Both the position numbers and the translations under genes were made by a program. This document shows positions 63,101 through 64,000 of a stretch of DNA of 64,000 nt, piece by piece. The stretch comes from Eledone cirrhosa (Eukaryota), in the NCBI GenBank assembly GCA_964016885.1, contig OZ024740.1:16058001-16122000 (forward strand), read 5' to 3'. Below the pieces are notes generated by a model. That model was not told the origin of the DNA. It was given only the letters and a program-made list of their open reading frames with translations, and ran no database searches. Each line of letters starts with the position of its first letter. The stretch's first letter is position 1.

Positions 63101-64000
63101 GAAGATACTCTCACGAGAGCTGGACAGCAGAAGGTCTTCAGAGAAGAAACTGTCAGGAGAGCTGGACAGCAGAAGGTCTTTAAAGAAGAAACTCTCAGGA
63201 GAGCTGGACAGCAGAAGGTCTTCAGAAAAGAAACTCTCAGGAGAGCTAGACAGCAGAATGTCTTCAGAGAAGAAACTCTCACGAGAGCTGGACAACAGAA
63301 GGTCTTCAGAGAAGAAGCTCTCGGGAGAGCTGTACAGCAGAAGGTCTTCAGAGAAGAAACTCTCAGGAGAGCTGGACAGCAGAAGGTCTTCAGAGAAGAA
63401 ACTGTCCGGACAGCTGGACAGCGGAAGGTCTTCAGAGAAGAAACTCTCGGGAGAGCTGGACAGCAGGTCTTTAGAGAAGAAACTCTCAGGAGAGCTAGAC
63501 AGCAGAAGGTGTCCAGAGAAGAAACTGTTATGAGAGCTGGACAGCAGAAGGTCTTTAGAGAAGAAACTGTCAGGAGAGCTGGACATCAGAAGGTCTTCAG
63601 AGAAGAAACTCTCAGGAGAGCTAGACAGCAGAAGGTCTTTAGAGAAGAAACTCTCAGGAGAGCTGGACAGAAGAAGGTCTTCAGAGAAGAAACTCTCAGG
63701 AGGGCTGGACAGCAGAAGGTCTTCAGAAAAGAATCTCTCATGAGAGCTGGACAGCAGAAGGTCTTCAGAGAAGAAACTCTCAGGAGAGCTAGACAGCAGA
63801 AGGTTTTCAGAGAAGAAACTCTAGGGAGAGCTGGACAGCAGAAGGTCTTCAGAGAAGAAACTCAGGAGAGCTAGACAGCAGAATGTCTTCAGAGAAGAAA
63901 CTCTCGGGAGTGCTGGACAGCAGAAGGTCTTTAGAGAAGAAACTCTCAGGAGAGCCAGACAGCAGAAGGTCTTCAGAGAAGAAACTCTCAGGAGAGATGT
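60120..64000. repeat. Overlapping short duplications of ~1.0 kb and ~1.33 kb
   Basis: Offsets 1004 (60317/61321), 1046 (60880/61926) and 1332 (61926/63258, 62177/63509). Local variants include gaaaagctc and ctgtccggac. Confidence 0.85.

Larger units (their letters stand above)
1..64000. repeat. Tandem satellite array, 42-bp monomer GAGAAGAAACTCTCAGGAGAGCTGGACAGCAGAAGGTCTTCA, ~1,500 head-to-tail copies, extends beyond both window edges
   Basis: The monomer is readable directly throughout, typically with 0-3 substitutions per copy. All ORF translations have a 14-aa period. Minor length variants of 39, 40, 41 and 43 bp occur. No non-repeat sequence or inversion was seen. Confidence 0.99.

Noticed and set aside
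284-63874. Plus-strand ORFs (KKLSGELDSRRSSE and FREETLRRAGQQKV repeats) as current CDSs
   Set aside because: They are fragmented by recurrent stops and frameshifts every few hundred bp to ~1.2 kb. Only a possible ancestral coding origin is kept as a finding.
1-64000. CRISPR array
   Set aside because: Repeats abut directly with no unique spacers, and there is no leader or cas gene. Variation is point substitution within the monomer.
1-64000. C2H2 zinc-finger gene array or metallothionein-like Cys-rich repeat
   Set aside because: The period is 42 bp rather than 84. No CxxC...HxxxH or TGEKP linker appears in any frame, and the CC dipeptide is freely mutated.
1-64000. Assignment to galliform 41-42 bp repeats (CNM, PO41) or another named satellite
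   Set aside because: Only the length is similar. The alternating A and T tracts described for CNM are absent, and I cannot confirm homology without a search.
1-64000. Transposon insertion, inversion, telomeric repeat or RNA gene hidden within the array
   Set aside because: On reading through, every line conforms to the 42-bp monomer in the same orientation, and the ORF track shows no non-repeat peptide. A very short insert could have been missed by eye.

Overview
The whole 64 kb window is one uninterrupted, head-to-tail tandem array of a 42-bp monomer, about 1,500 copies (64,000/42), all in the same orientation and running off both ends. The consensus is GAGAAGAAACTCTCAGGAGAGCTGGACAGCAGAAGGTCTTCA: 50% GC, 28/42 purines on the + strand, no CpG. 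I found no unique sequence, transposon, RNA gene, CRISPR spacers or credible protein gene. The many ORFs arise because 42 is a multiple of 3 and five of six frames of the consensus lack stops. It looks like eukaryotic satellite DNA, but I cannot assign the family or organism. The informative signal lies in the variant monomers. They show nested, near-identical segmental duplications of 0.5-7 kb, regional layers with private variants, a recurrent multi-monomer cassette, and one apparent gene-conversion tract. The variant spectrum is also biased in two ways: the commonest changes are CAG->TAG, and many are silent in the + frame KKLSGELDSRRSSE. All counts and offsets were read by eye or from the ORF track, and block boundaries are approximate.
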